From UHGV virus genome UHGV-0073881: a stretch of DNA of 64,000 nucleotides; one strand, written 5' to 3'. A program made the translations under genes and the position numbers. This document shows, one piece after another, positions 17,478 through 24,859 of this stretch (within the stretch, counting starts at the first letter, position 1; the number at the start of each line of letters is the position of its first letter). Below the pieces are notes generated by a model. That model was not told the DNA's origin and did no database searches. It saw only the letters and a list, made by a program, of their open reading frames with translations. The stretch comes from a virus.

Positions 17478-17801
17478 AACTAAAATACTTCATAATATGT
17501 ATAATTCAAACACCAATACATGAGCGTTAGACGTAACACAATGTGGGGAAATTTGTTGTACATATTCTGAATAGTTTTCGTTAGTGTAGCGTCTATTTTG
17601 CAAACTTAAAAATAAATGCAAACGATAATGTTTTTCTGGCAGTAGCTTAATAGGCTAAACACCAGTGAGGTCTTCCAATCCCTCATCAAAGAATTTGGCG
17701 TACTAGCCCACGGTATGATTAATAAAGTGGGCGACATTCTAAAGGGTATCCCTTATGGGGCTTGGCTTAAATGCAATGAGTACCCTTTAAAATGTTAATT
17801 A

Positions 17802-17883
17802 CGGGGCGTATCTCAGCGGTCTTCTAAACCGCCGTTAACCGAGTAAGTGGAGTATGCGGGTTCGAGTCCTGCCGCCTCGACCA
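17802..17883 (+). tRNA. atypical tRNA-like gene (Arg TCT-like anticodon arm), possible pseudogene
   Basis: acceptor CGGGGCG/CGCCTCG, T-arm GCGGG-TTCGAGT-CCTGC, CCA encoded; stem GCGGT/ACCGC with loop CTTCTAA but no canonical D-arm and a 23-nt segment before the T-arm. Confidence 0.4.
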
Positions 17884-17898
17884 ATTTTGGATGAAATC

Positions 17899-18246
17899 AT
17901 GAAGACTTGTATTAGGTGCAAACTTAGCAAGGATGAAAATGATTTCTACATGAAAGATGGTAGGAGAACTCATTCATACTGTAAAAAGTGTGTTAATGAG
18001 CAAACCATAGAAAGACAAAGAGCACTTAAACTTTCAGCTGTTGAGTACAAAGGTGGGGTTTGTCATGATTGTGGTAAAAGGTATCATCCAGCAGTGTATG
18101 ACTTCCATCATTTGAATCCTTCAGAGAAAGATTTTAACATTGGTCATAGAAAAAGTCTTAAGTTCTCTCAGGAGCTAAAGAACGAACTTGACAAATGTGT
18201 TTTGCTATGTTCAAATTGCCATAGGGTAAGACATGCAAAGTATTAG
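17899..18246 (+). CDS. HNH endonuclease (zinc-finger plus HNH) embedded in tRNA array
   Basis: CxxC...CxxC and FHHLNPSEKD...LLCSNCHRVRH motifs; ORF track 17854 start lies inside the tRNA, so start moved to ATG 17899. Confidence 0.8.
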   Translation: MKTCIRCKLSKDENDFYMKDGRRTHSYCKKCVNEQTIERQRALKLSAVEYKGGVCHDCGKRYHPAVYDFHHLNPSEKDFNIGHRKSLKFSQELKNELDKCVLLCSNCHRVRHAKY

Positions 18247-18383
18247 TTAGCAGATTGCTTAGACGACCTTAACGGGTCTCCTGTAAGGAGGTGGTCTGTA
18301 TCTCATGTTTCCAGAGCATGTAAAAATATTCTGAGAAGGGGCTTTACAGTGTTGTGATAATACGGTAAGCTTCGAATTATAAT

Positions 18384-18466
18384 ATGGGACGATGTTAAGA
18401 CTCTAAGGCATGAGCAACGGCTTCCAACACCGTTTCAAAGGGGTTCAACTCCTCCGTCCCATGCCA
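18384..18466 (+). tRNA. tRNA, possibly Trp (anticodon CCA); atypical
   Basis: acceptor ATGGGAC/GTCCCAT, T-loop TTCAACT, CCA encoded; stem AACGG/CCGTT around TTCCAAC; extra nucleotides between acceptor and D region. Confidence 0.45.
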
Positions 18467-18478
18467 AAGTCTTATTAG

Positions 18479-18567
18479 GGGTAGGTAGCGGCTAATGGTA
18501 GCCAAACTGTCTTGAAAACAGTTGCCACTGTAGAGATACGGTGAGGGTTCGACTCCTTTACTTACCG
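18479..18567 (+). tRNA. tRNA-Ser (anticodon TGA), class II
   Basis: acceptor GGTAGGT/ACTTACC, D-stem GGC/GCC, anticodon stem ACTGT/ACAGT loop CTTGAAA, long variable arm, T-loop TTCGACT; CCA not encoded. Confidence 0.7.
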
Positions 18568-18817
18568 CCTAATAAGATTTAAAGCCGCGCTTCGTTCGGA
18601 TGTTGCGTTAGGTTTCACTTCGTGTATTGTCGTACACGATGTTGAGAAAGCACCTAGTAGGTGTCACGGAGAAGAGATAGCATCAAGCTCTCCAAAGGTT
18701 CTAGTCACCGGATTAAACAAGACTATGCAAAGACTGATTAGGTCTTTTTAGATAACTTCTGAGGCAAACTATACCATTGTTGCTTTGGGTCTTGGAAGTT
18801 CTCTACAAAGATTTAAT

Positions 18818-18894
18818 GCACCTATAGCCCAATTGGAAGAGGCAGCAGACTTAGAATCTGTTCAGTGTGAGTTCGACTCTCTCTAGGTGTACCA
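18818..18894 (+). tRNA. tRNA with anticodon TAG (Leu-type anticodon, class I length)
   Basis: acceptor GCACCTA/TAGGTGT, D-arm CCCAATTGGAAGAGG, anticodon stem GCAGA/TCTGT loop CTTAGAA, T-loop TTCGACT, CCA encoded. Confidence 0.6.
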
Positions 18895-18901
18895 AATTAA
18901 T

Positions 18902-18977
18902 GCAGGTGTAGCAAAATGGTTATGCGGCTGACTCTTAATCAGTAAGACGATGGGTTCAATTCCCTCCACCTGTACCA
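18902..18977 (+). tRNA. tRNA with anticodon CTT (Lys?)
   Basis: acceptor GCAGGTG/CACCTGT, anticodon stem GCTGA/TCAGT loop CTCTTAA, T-loop TTCAATT, CCA encoded. Confidence 0.6.
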
Positions 18978-18983
18978 AACATT

Positions 18984-19059
18984 GGGGATGTAGTTTACAT
19001 GGTTAAAACATAAGTTTTGCAAACTTAAGTACAGGGTTCAATTCCATGCTTCTCCACCA
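18984..19059 (+). tRNA. tRNA-Ala (anticodon TGC)
   Basis: acceptor GGGGATG/CTTCTCC with G3:U70 identity pair, anticodon stem TAAGT/ACTTA loop TTTGCAA, T-loop TTCAATT, CCA encoded. Confidence 0.75.
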
Positions 19060-19065
19060 ATTAGT

Positions 19066-19140
19066 GCATCCATAGTTTAAACGGGAAAATTACAGTCTTC
19101 CAAACTGAGGTTGAGGGTTCGATTCCCTCTGGATGCTCCA
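19066..19140 (+). tRNA. tRNA-Gly (anticodon TCC)
   Basis: acceptor GCATCCA/TGGATGC, T-arm GAGGG-TTCGATT-CCCTC, anticodon loop CTTCCAA, CCA encoded. Confidence 0.75.
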
Positions 19141-19146
19141 ATTCAT

Positions 19147-19222
19147 GCTCCTATCGTATAACTGGCTATTACGGTTGTCTTGTAAGCAACTTATCAGGGT
19201 TCGAATCCTTGTGGGAGCACCA
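19147..19222 (+). tRNA. tRNA-Thr (anticodon TGT)
   Basis: acceptor GCTCCTA/TGGGAGC, D-stem CGTA/TACG, anticodon stem GTTGT/GCAAC loop CTTGTAA, T-arm CAGGG-TTCGAAT-CCTTG, CCA encoded. Confidence 0.7.
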
Positions 19223-19316
19223 ATTTGAGGTCAAGTGAAAGACCGCTTGAGTCAACTGAAGACCGTAACAAATTCCACGGAGTTGAGTTAGCGGCACAAC
19301 TTCAGACCTCTTTAAA

Positions 19317-19391
19317 GCTCGCTTAGTTTATATGGTAAAGCCCCATCCTTACAAGTTGGTGAAGAAGGTTCAAGTCCTTCAGCGAGTACCA
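19317..19391 (+). tRNA. tRNA-Val (anticodon TAC)
   Basis: acceptor GCTCGCT/AGCGAGT, T-arm GAAGG-TTCAAGT-CCTTC, anticodon loop CTTACAA, CCA encoded. Confidence 0.7.
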
Positions 19392-19392
19392 A

Positions 19393-19470
19393 GTTCCAGT
19401 ATCCCAATTGGCAGAGGATGCAAGCTCAAACCTTGTATTAGTGACGGTTCGAATCCGTCTTGGAACACCA
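19393..19470 (+). tRNA. tRNA with anticodon CAA (Leu-type anticodon, class I length)
   Basis: acceptor GTTCCAG/TTGGAAC, D-stem ATCC/GGAT with loop CAATTGGCAGA, anticodon stem GCAAG/CTTGT loop CTCAAAC, T-arm GACGG-TTCGAAT-CCGTC, CCA encoded. Confidence 0.65.
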
Positions 19471-19487
19471 AATTTTAGGAGATTCCT

Positions 19488-19700
19488 ATGAAGCCTTATG
19501 GTAGACACGGTAAAGTTGAAATTGCAAGTTGTGGTTGCTGTGCTTCTCACGATGGTGAAGAAGATTACTACAAGTGGCGTACAGACCATCGTAGACGCTT
19601 TCTCAGAAGAGATAAGAAGAAAGCTAGACAGGAATCTCGAAAAGATATTGCAGAATTAGTTCAAATGGATAGAGCAGCAACCTACGAAGTTGTTAGTTAG
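19488..19700 (+). CDS. hypothetical small basic protein (70 aa); 3-prime end overlaps tRNA-Arg
   Basis: ORF track; RBS AGGAG 7 nt before ATG; last 50 nt overlap the tRNA at 19650. Confidence 0.35.
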   Translation: MKPYGRHGKVEIASCGCCASHDGEEDYYKWRTDHRRRFLRRDKKKARQESRKDIAELVQMDRAATYEVVS

Positions 19701-19723
19701 GGGTTCGAATCCCTTATTCTGCA
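19650..19723 (+). tRNA. tRNA-Arg (anticodon ACG)
   Basis: acceptor GCAGAAT/ATTCTGC, D-stem GTTC/GAGC, anticodon stem GCAAC/GTTGT loop CTACGAA, T-arm AGGGG-TTCGAAT-CCCTT; CCA not encoded. Confidence 0.75.
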
Positions 19724-19744
19724 CAAATTTTAGAAGGTAATTAT

Positions 19745-19972
19745 ATGCGTAAACTCATTATTGAAAGGCATAAAGATGCTGACAAGATTGAAACAACACA
19801 AGTTGGGGACACTGACTTCATTCTTGTAGGTTGGAAATGTGACCCAATAGCAGCTATGAAGGTTGTTCATGGTTTTGCAGGAATTGAATTTAATCAAATC
19901 ATATTTGAAACGCTATTACCAGAAAATCAGGATACGTGTAATAACGCATATATCCTGACAAGAGTTCGTTAG
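19745..19972 (+). CDS. hypothetical protein (75 aa) between tRNA genes
   Basis: ORF track; ATG start; stop abuts tRNA-Gln. Confidence 0.4.
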   Translation: MRKLIIERHKDADKIETTQVGDTDFILVGWKCDPIAAMKVVHGFAGIEFNQIIFETLLPENQDTCNNAYILTRVR

Positions 19973-20046
19973 GGGATTAGTTTACAAGGTTAAAACCTCG
20001 GTCTTTGAAATCGAAGAAGTTGGTTCAATTCCAACATCCCCCGCCA
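19971..20046 (+). tRNA. tRNA-Gln (anticodon TTG)
   Basis: acceptor AGGGGAT/ATCCCCC (1:72 mismatch), anticodon stem TCGGT/ATCGA loop CTTTGAA, T-arm GTTGG-TTCAATT-CCAAC, CCA encoded. Confidence 0.7.
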
Positions 20047-20048
20047 AT

Positions 20049-20127
20049 GCTCCATTACTCCAATTGGCAGAGAGGCCAGACTTAAAATCTGTGTTATGTA
20101 TCGGTTCGAATCCGATATGGAGTACCA
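20049..20127 (+). tRNA. tRNA with anticodon TAA (Leu-type anticodon, class I length)
   Basis: acceptor GCTCCAT/ATGGAGT, D-arm CCAATTGGCAGAG, anticodon loop CTTAAAA, T-arm ATCGG-TTCGAAT-CCGAT, CCA encoded. Confidence 0.65.
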
Positions 20128-20133
20128 AATATT

Positions 20134-20209
20134 AGCAGTGTAGCATAACTGGCAATGCTCCAGCCTCTGAAGCTGAAAGATTAAGGTTCAAATCCTTACA
20201 CTGCTGCCA
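20134..20209 (+). tRNA. tRNA with anticodon CTG (Gln)
   Basis: acceptor AGCAGTG/CACTGCT, D-stem GCAT/ATGC, anticodon loop CTCTGAA, T-arm TTAAG-GTTCAAAT-CCTTA, CCA encoded. Confidence 0.65.
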
Positions 20210-20240
20210 CTTCTAAGGGTTCTTACGAGAGTCCTTAAAT

Positions 20241-20317
20241 GTGGCCTTATCATAAATGGATAATGACCCATGCTGTGAACATGGTCTATACGGGTTCGAT
20301 TCCCGTAGGTCACCCCA
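20241..20317 (+). tRNA. tRNA-His (anticodon GTG)
   Basis: acceptor GTGGCCT/AGGTCAC with C73, D-stem TCAT/ATGA, anticodon stem CCATG/CATGG loop CTGTGAA, T-arm ACGGG-TTCGATT-CCCGT, CCA encoded. Confidence 0.75.
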
Positions 20318-20324
20318 ATTTTAA

Positions 20325-20401
20325 TAGCTCAATTAGCTTATATGGTTAAAGCGCGTGTCTGAAAAACATGAGAACAGGGTTCAAATCCCGATGGGCTACC
20401 A
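20325..20401 (+). tRNA. tRNA-Phe (anticodon GAA), irregular acceptor/D junction
   Basis: anticodon stem CGTGT/ACATG loop CTGAAAA, D-stem GCTT/AAGC, acceptor TAGCTCA/TGGGCTA, T-loop TTCAAAT, CCA at 20399-20401. Confidence 0.6.
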
Positions 20402-20417
20402 ACTTTATAGGTGCATA

Positions 20418-21152
20418 ATGAAAGAGATGACAGGACAAGGTAAAGAGATTTTCAATCTCCTTAAATCCGGTAACGGGTTCTCTAACCCTCTTATTACTGG
20501 TGCAGCAGTTCTTGGTGGTACAGTTGCTGCTTCTCAGTCATTAATCACTTCAATTAGTTCTGTATCAGACCCAGCTACCCAGCAAATCCTTATTGCTGCT
20601 GGCTTGACAACTGCCTTACTAAGCAGCTTTACAACAAGCCTTGGTAGCACCACTTCAACGACAACTACTTTAACTGACTATGGACAGAAGTCTGTAGATG
20701 AGTTTTCACAGCGTATGCAGGTAGCCAAAGGATACTCTAATGTTATGGGAGCAGCGGGTGAACAAGTTGGATGTACACCGTTTAGTGGAATCATGGGAGT
20801 TGCTACTGAATACGGTAACAAGGCTATGGATTTGATTAACACCTCCATAGATGCCGTAAACAGCGTTCTAAGCGACTTACAGGATGCAATTGATAAAGGA
20901 CTAGCAACCATCTCTGACCTCGCTACACAAGCTGTTACAGCGATTAATGAAGGTATGGCAAAGATTACTGCCTACGCTAATGAAGTGGCTCAGATGATTG
21001 CAGACGAAGCAGCAATGATTGCAGAGTATCTAAAAACCAATATTAATGGTTTCCTTGCAAATGTTTTACCAGATTGGTTTAACGATGATTGTAAGACGGG
21101 TGTAATTGATACAATTGCAACTCCAGAGATGAAAGAAGCTCTAAACAAATAA
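20418..21152 (+). CDS. hypothetical Ala/Ser/Thr-rich protein embedded in tRNA operon (about 244 aa)
   Basis: ORF track 20355-21152; start moved to first ATG after tRNA-Phe (MKEMTGQ) with AGGTG RBS. Confidence 0.6.
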   Translation: MKEMTGQGKEIFNLLKSGNGFSNPLITGAAVLGGTVAASQSLITSISSVSDPATQQILIAAGLTTALLSSFTTSLGSTTSTTTTLTDYGQKSVDEFSQRMQVAKGYSNVMGAAGEQVGCTPFSGIMGVATEYGNKAMDLINTSIDAVNSVLSDLQDAIDKGLATISDLATQAVTAINEGMAKITAYANEVAQMIADEAAMIAEYLKTNINGFLANVLPDWFNDDCKTGVIDTIATPEMKEALNK

Positions 21153-21155
21153 TTT

Positions 21156-21248
21156 GGAAGATTAACCCTAAAAGGTAAGGGAGCAGTTTGCTAAACTGCC
21201 AGTAGCTGAGAAATTGGTGTACCAGTTCAAGTCTGGTATCTTCCTCCA
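21156..21248 (+). tRNA. tRNA-Ser (anticodon GCT), class II
   Basis: 93 nt; acceptor GGAAGAT/ATCTTCC, D-stem CCC/GGG, anticodon stem GCAGT/ACTGC loop TTGCTAA, long variable arm, T-arm ACCAG-TTCAAGT-CTGGT, CCA encoded. Confidence 0.75.
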
Positions 21249-21254
21249 AATTTT

Positions 21255-21330
21255 GCATTGGTGTCAGAAATGGATATGTACCTGTCTGCAAAACAGGTTT
21301 ATGAGGGTTCGAGTCCCTTCCAATGCTCCA
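21255..21330 (+). tRNA. tRNA-Cys (anticodon GCA)
   Basis: acceptor GCATTGG/CCAATGC, anticodon stem CCTGT/ACAGG loop CTGCAAA, T-arm GAGGG-TTCGAGT-CCCTT, CCA encoded. Confidence 0.8.
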
Positions 21331-21364
21331 ATTTACTTTAATATCTCTCTCTCAAAGTATATAT

Positions 21365-21426
21365 GCCCTGCTATGAGTATTCTCCCTTTCGCTACCGGAG
21401 AGTATTTTTAGACAGGGCTTTTTTAT
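21365..21426 (+). terminator. terminator-like nested hairpin after tRNA array
   Basis: outer stem GCCCTG...CAGGGC followed by TTTTTTAT; inner CTCC/GGAG hairpin; large loop. Confidence 0.4.
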
Positions 21427-21490
21427 AGAGTTATACTTTATAGGAAAGACCTATACAGTATGTCTCTGACATACATTGTGGTTTCTCCTT

Positions 21491-21515
21491 GACGGTCTCT
21501 GCGCCGTCTTTTTTC
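21491..21515 (+). terminator. rho-independent terminator
   Basis: stem GACGG/CCGTC, loop TCTCTGCG, then TTTTTTC. Confidence 0.6.
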
Positions 21516-21552
21516 AGGGGAACCATTAACTTATTATCTTTGGAGAAATACA

Positions 21553-21753
21553 ATGAACGAGACTAACATTTATAAAGATTTTTACGAAGCACAGCAGCAA
21601 GTTAATCTGCTGAAAAATACTATCATGTCTATTGCTGAACGTCTAATTACGGCTACCGGTATTAAACCAGAAGAAGCAACAATGGACAGTCTTCTTGATG
21701 CTGTAGATGCCAAGTTTGGTGTATGTAAAGAAGAAGAAGCTAAACCTGAATAA
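21553..21753 (+). CDS. hypothetical small protein upstream of terminase (66 aa)
   Basis: ORF track; RBS GGAGAAATACA before ATG. Confidence 0.5.
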   Translation: MNETNIYKDFYEAQQQVNLLKNTIMSIAERLITATGIKPEEATMDSLLDAVDAKFGVCKEEEAKPE

Positions 21754-21774
21754 TTCTATTTGCAGAGGTGCTTA

Positions 21775-23376
21775 ATGGATTTAAATGCTATTAAGCAGAA
21801 GCGAGTGGAAGATGTAAGGAAAGTCCTAGCTGGAGAGTTGGGGCTTTCTGAAGAAGTAAAAGAAATTATCAAATCATTTGGTAAAGACCCGTCTAAATTC
21901 CTTCCTACTCAGATTCTGACTTTATTAAGATATTCACCAGACCAAGTAAGACTCATCTTTAAATTGATGACTGACAAGAACTACGTAGCTCCACAGCCTG
22001 GGTCTCAGGAAGTATTCTTGAACACTAATGCTGACTTGGTGCTATATGGTGGTGCTGCTGGTGCTGGTAAAACGGCTGCCCTTTTAATGGACTCATTACG
22101 ATTCATTGAAGACCCTAACTATAATGCTGTATATTTCCGTCGAAATACTACGCAGCTACAAGGGGGTTTATGGCCTGCTGCTAAAAAGCTATTTGGTAAG
22201 TTTGGTGGTACTCCACACGAACAGAAAATGACTATTACATTCCCTTCAGGAGCTACTATTAAGTTTACTTACTTGGAACTTGAAAAACACTCAGAAGGTC
22301 ACCAAGGGATTGAATACTCTGCTATCTACTTTGACGAAGGTACACACTTCTCAGCTTCACAGATTTCATATCTGCAAACACGTTTACGTTCTGGTGCTGA
22401 AGGTGACTCATACATGAAGATTTCTATGAACCCTGATAGAGACCACTTCATCTATGATTGGGTAGAACCTTTCCTTGATGAAGACGGTTATCCAGACCCT
22501 GACAAGTGCGGTAGAATTCGTTGGTATGTTATGAATGATGGTGTGATGGTTTCTGATTGGGACAGAGATAAGATTCTCGAAATGTTTCCTCTTGAGATTC
22601 CTCAAACATATACCTTCATTTCTGGTACAATTGATGATAACCCAATCCTTGACTTCTTGGAGCCTAAGTATCGTGGTAAGCTTGAAAACAACACTCCAGT
22701 TAACGTAGCAAGACTTCGTTTTGGTAACTGGAAAGCTCGTGCTGAAGGTTCTAACTATTGGCAAAGGCAATGGTGTGAGATTGTTGACAGTGTTCCACCA
22801 GATATCTTTGATGTTCGAGCATGGGACTTAGCGGCTACTTTACCATCTGAAGTCAACCCTAACCCTGACTGGACAGCGGGTGTCAGAATGGCTAAATCTA
22901 AAAAAGATGGTTGCTATTATGTCATGAACGTAGTAAGATTTAGGGATAGACCTTCTGGAGTCGAGACACAAATTAACTTGACTGCTGAAAGCGACGGTAA
23001 GCGCACAGGTATTTTTATCCCTCAAGACCCCGGCGCTGCTGGTAAATCCTACGCAACATCCCTTATCAGAAAGCTTGCTGAGAAAGGCTACAGAGCAAGA
23101 GCAAAACCAACAAACAAAGATAAAGTCACCCGTTTTGCGGGTTTCTCTGCTGCTTCTGAAGCAGGATTGGTTAAGATTGTCAGAGGTAGCTGGAACGAAG
23201 CTTACTTCCAAGAACTAGAAGGTTTTTGTGGAGATGGTAAGACCAAGGATGACCAAGTGGATGCTACAAGTGATGCTTTCAACAGTCTCAATGAGGTAAA
23301 ACTGTTTAAGCCACCTTCAATGGGAACTCACACAGATTTAGTGAGAAATAACCCTTATGAGGGACTTAGACGCTAA
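21775..23376 (+). CDS. terminase large subunit
   Basis: Walker A LYGGAAGAGKTAAL and Walker B-like IYFDEGTHF; start moved from TTG 21760 to ATG 21775 with GAGGTG RBS; heads the morphogenesis module. Confidence 0.85.
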   Translation: MDLNAIKQKRVEDVRKVLAGELGLSEEVKEIIKSFGKDPSKFLPTQILTLLRYSPDQVRLIFKLMTDKNYVAPQPGSQEVFLNTNADLVLYGGAAGAGKTAALLMDSLRFIEDPNYNAVYFRRNTTQLQGGLWPAAKKLFGKFGGTPHEQKMTITFPSGATIKFTYLELEKHSEGHQGIEYSAIYFDEGTHFSASQISYLQTRLRSGAEGDSYMKISMNPDRDHFIYDWVEPFLDEDGYPDPDKCGRIRWYVMNDGVMVSDWDRDKILEMFPLEIPQTYTFISGTIDDNPILDFLEPKYRGKLENNTPVNVARLRFGNWKARAEGSNYWQRQWCEIVDSVPPDIFDVRAWDLAATLPSEVNPNPDWTAGVRMAKSKKDGCYYVMNVVRFRDRPSGVETQINLTAESDGKRTGIFIPQDPGAAGKSYATSLIRKLAEKGYRARAKPTNKDKVTRFAGFSAASEAGLVKIVRGSWNEAYFQELEGFCGDGKTKDDQVDATSDAFNSLNEVKLFKPPSMGTHTDLVRNNPYEGLRR

Positions 23377-23392
23377 TGAAGCGGTGAGATGA

Positions 23393-24859
23393 ATGACAGA
23401 TATTACAGAAACACAAGAAAGCCTACCACCATTTAGAATGGGTGAGGTTGGGAGTCTTGGTATCAAAGTTCGTAATGGAAGAATCTATGAAGAACCTAGA
23501 CAAGCCTTAAGATTCCCAGAAAGTATCAAGACTTTCCAACTTATGATGCGTGACCCTGCTGTAGCAGCATCTGTAAACATTATTAAGATGTTTGTTAGAA
23601 AAGTCAACTGGAGATTTGTTCCACCGAAAGGTAAAGAGCAAGACCAGAAGATGATTGAGCGAGCAGACTTCTTTAACTCTCTGATGGATGACATGGAGCA
23701 TGATTGGGCTGACTTTATTAACTCTGTAATGTCATTCTGTACTTACGGATTCTGCGTGAATGAGAAAGTTTACAAGAAGCGTCAGGGTAATAAAGGGAAA
23801 TATCCTTCAAGATATAATGACGGATTAATTGGTTGGGCTAAACTCCCAATTAGAAATCAGTCAACTCTTGATAAGTGGTATTTTGACGAAGACTACAGAA
23901 AAGTAATTGGTGTTAGACAGAACCTTAGAAATGTTTCACATATTGCTGGAGCAATTAATCTTGGAGAAAGACCTCTGACAAGGAAACTTCCAAGAAGTAA
24001 ATTTATGCTGTTCAAATATGACGACGAATATGGAAACCCAGAGGGACGTTCACCATTACTTAATGCTTATGTACCTTGGAAATATAAAGTTCAGATTGAA
24101 GAGTACGAAGCTGTAGGTGTTTCCAGAGACTTAGTAGGTATGCCAAAGATTGGTTTACCACCTGATTATCTGGATGAGAATGCAGAACCTGAAAAGAAAG
24201 CTTTCGTAGAATACTGCAAAGCTGTAGTAAATGATATGATTGCAAATGACCGAGCAGGTTTAATCTGGCCTAGATTTATCGACCCAGAAACTAAAGAGGA
24301 TATTTTCGAGTTCTCCCTAGTTTCTAGACAGGGTGCTAAAGCATACGACACAGGGGCTATCATTGACCGTTATTCAAAACAGATTATGATGGCGTTTATG
24401 TCCGATGTACTTGCAATGGGACAATCAAAGTACGGTTCATTCTCTTTGGCAGATTCTAAGACAAGCTTACTGGCAATGTCTGTAGATATTCTTCTGAAAC
24501 AAATTAAGAACGTTATTAATCGTGACCTAGTAGCACAGACTTATGCTCTTAATATGTGGGATGATGAAGAACACGTCGAAATTGTCTATGACGATATTGA
24601 AACCCCAGACCTAGAAGCTATCGGTGCTTATATTCAGAAGACCGTTGCAGTTGGTGCTATGGAAGTTGACAAGCAATTGTCAGATAAGCTTAGAGAGAAT
24701 ATTGGCTTGCCACCTGCTGATGAATCTAAACCTGTGTCTGAAGCTTTATCTCCAAATACTCAGAGTCGTTCTGGTGATGGTTATAAGACTGCTGGAGAGG
24801 GAACTGCTAAGACTCCTTCAGCAAAAGACCCAAGTACAGCTAATAAGGCAAACAAATAA
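23393..24859 (+). CDS. portal protein (putative)
   Basis: 488 aa ORF immediately after large terminase; position and size; no motif verified. Confidence 0.7.
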   Translation: MTDITETQESLPPFRMGEVGSLGIKVRNGRIYEEPRQALRFPESIKTFQLMMRDPAVAASVNIIKMFVRKVNWRFVPPKGKEQDQKMIERADFFNSLMDDMEHDWADFINSVMSFCTYGFCVNEKVYKKRQGNKGKYPSRYNDGLIGWAKLPIRNQSTLDKWYFDEDYRKVIGVRQNLRNVSHIAGAINLGERPLTRKLPRSKFMLFKYDDEYGNPEGRSPLLNAYVPWKYKVQIEEYEAVGVSRDLVGMPKIGLPPDYLDENAEPEKKAFVEYCKAVVNDMIANDRAGLIWPRFIDPETKEDIFEFSLVSRQGAKAYDTGAIIDRYSKQIMMAFMSDVLAMGQSKYGSFSLADSKTSLLAMSVDILLKQIKNVINRDLVAQTYALNMWDDEEHVEIVYDDIETPDLEAIGAYIQKTVAVGAMEVDKQLSDKLRENIGLPPADESKPVSEALSPNTQSRSGDGYKTAGEGTAKTPSAKDPSTANKANK

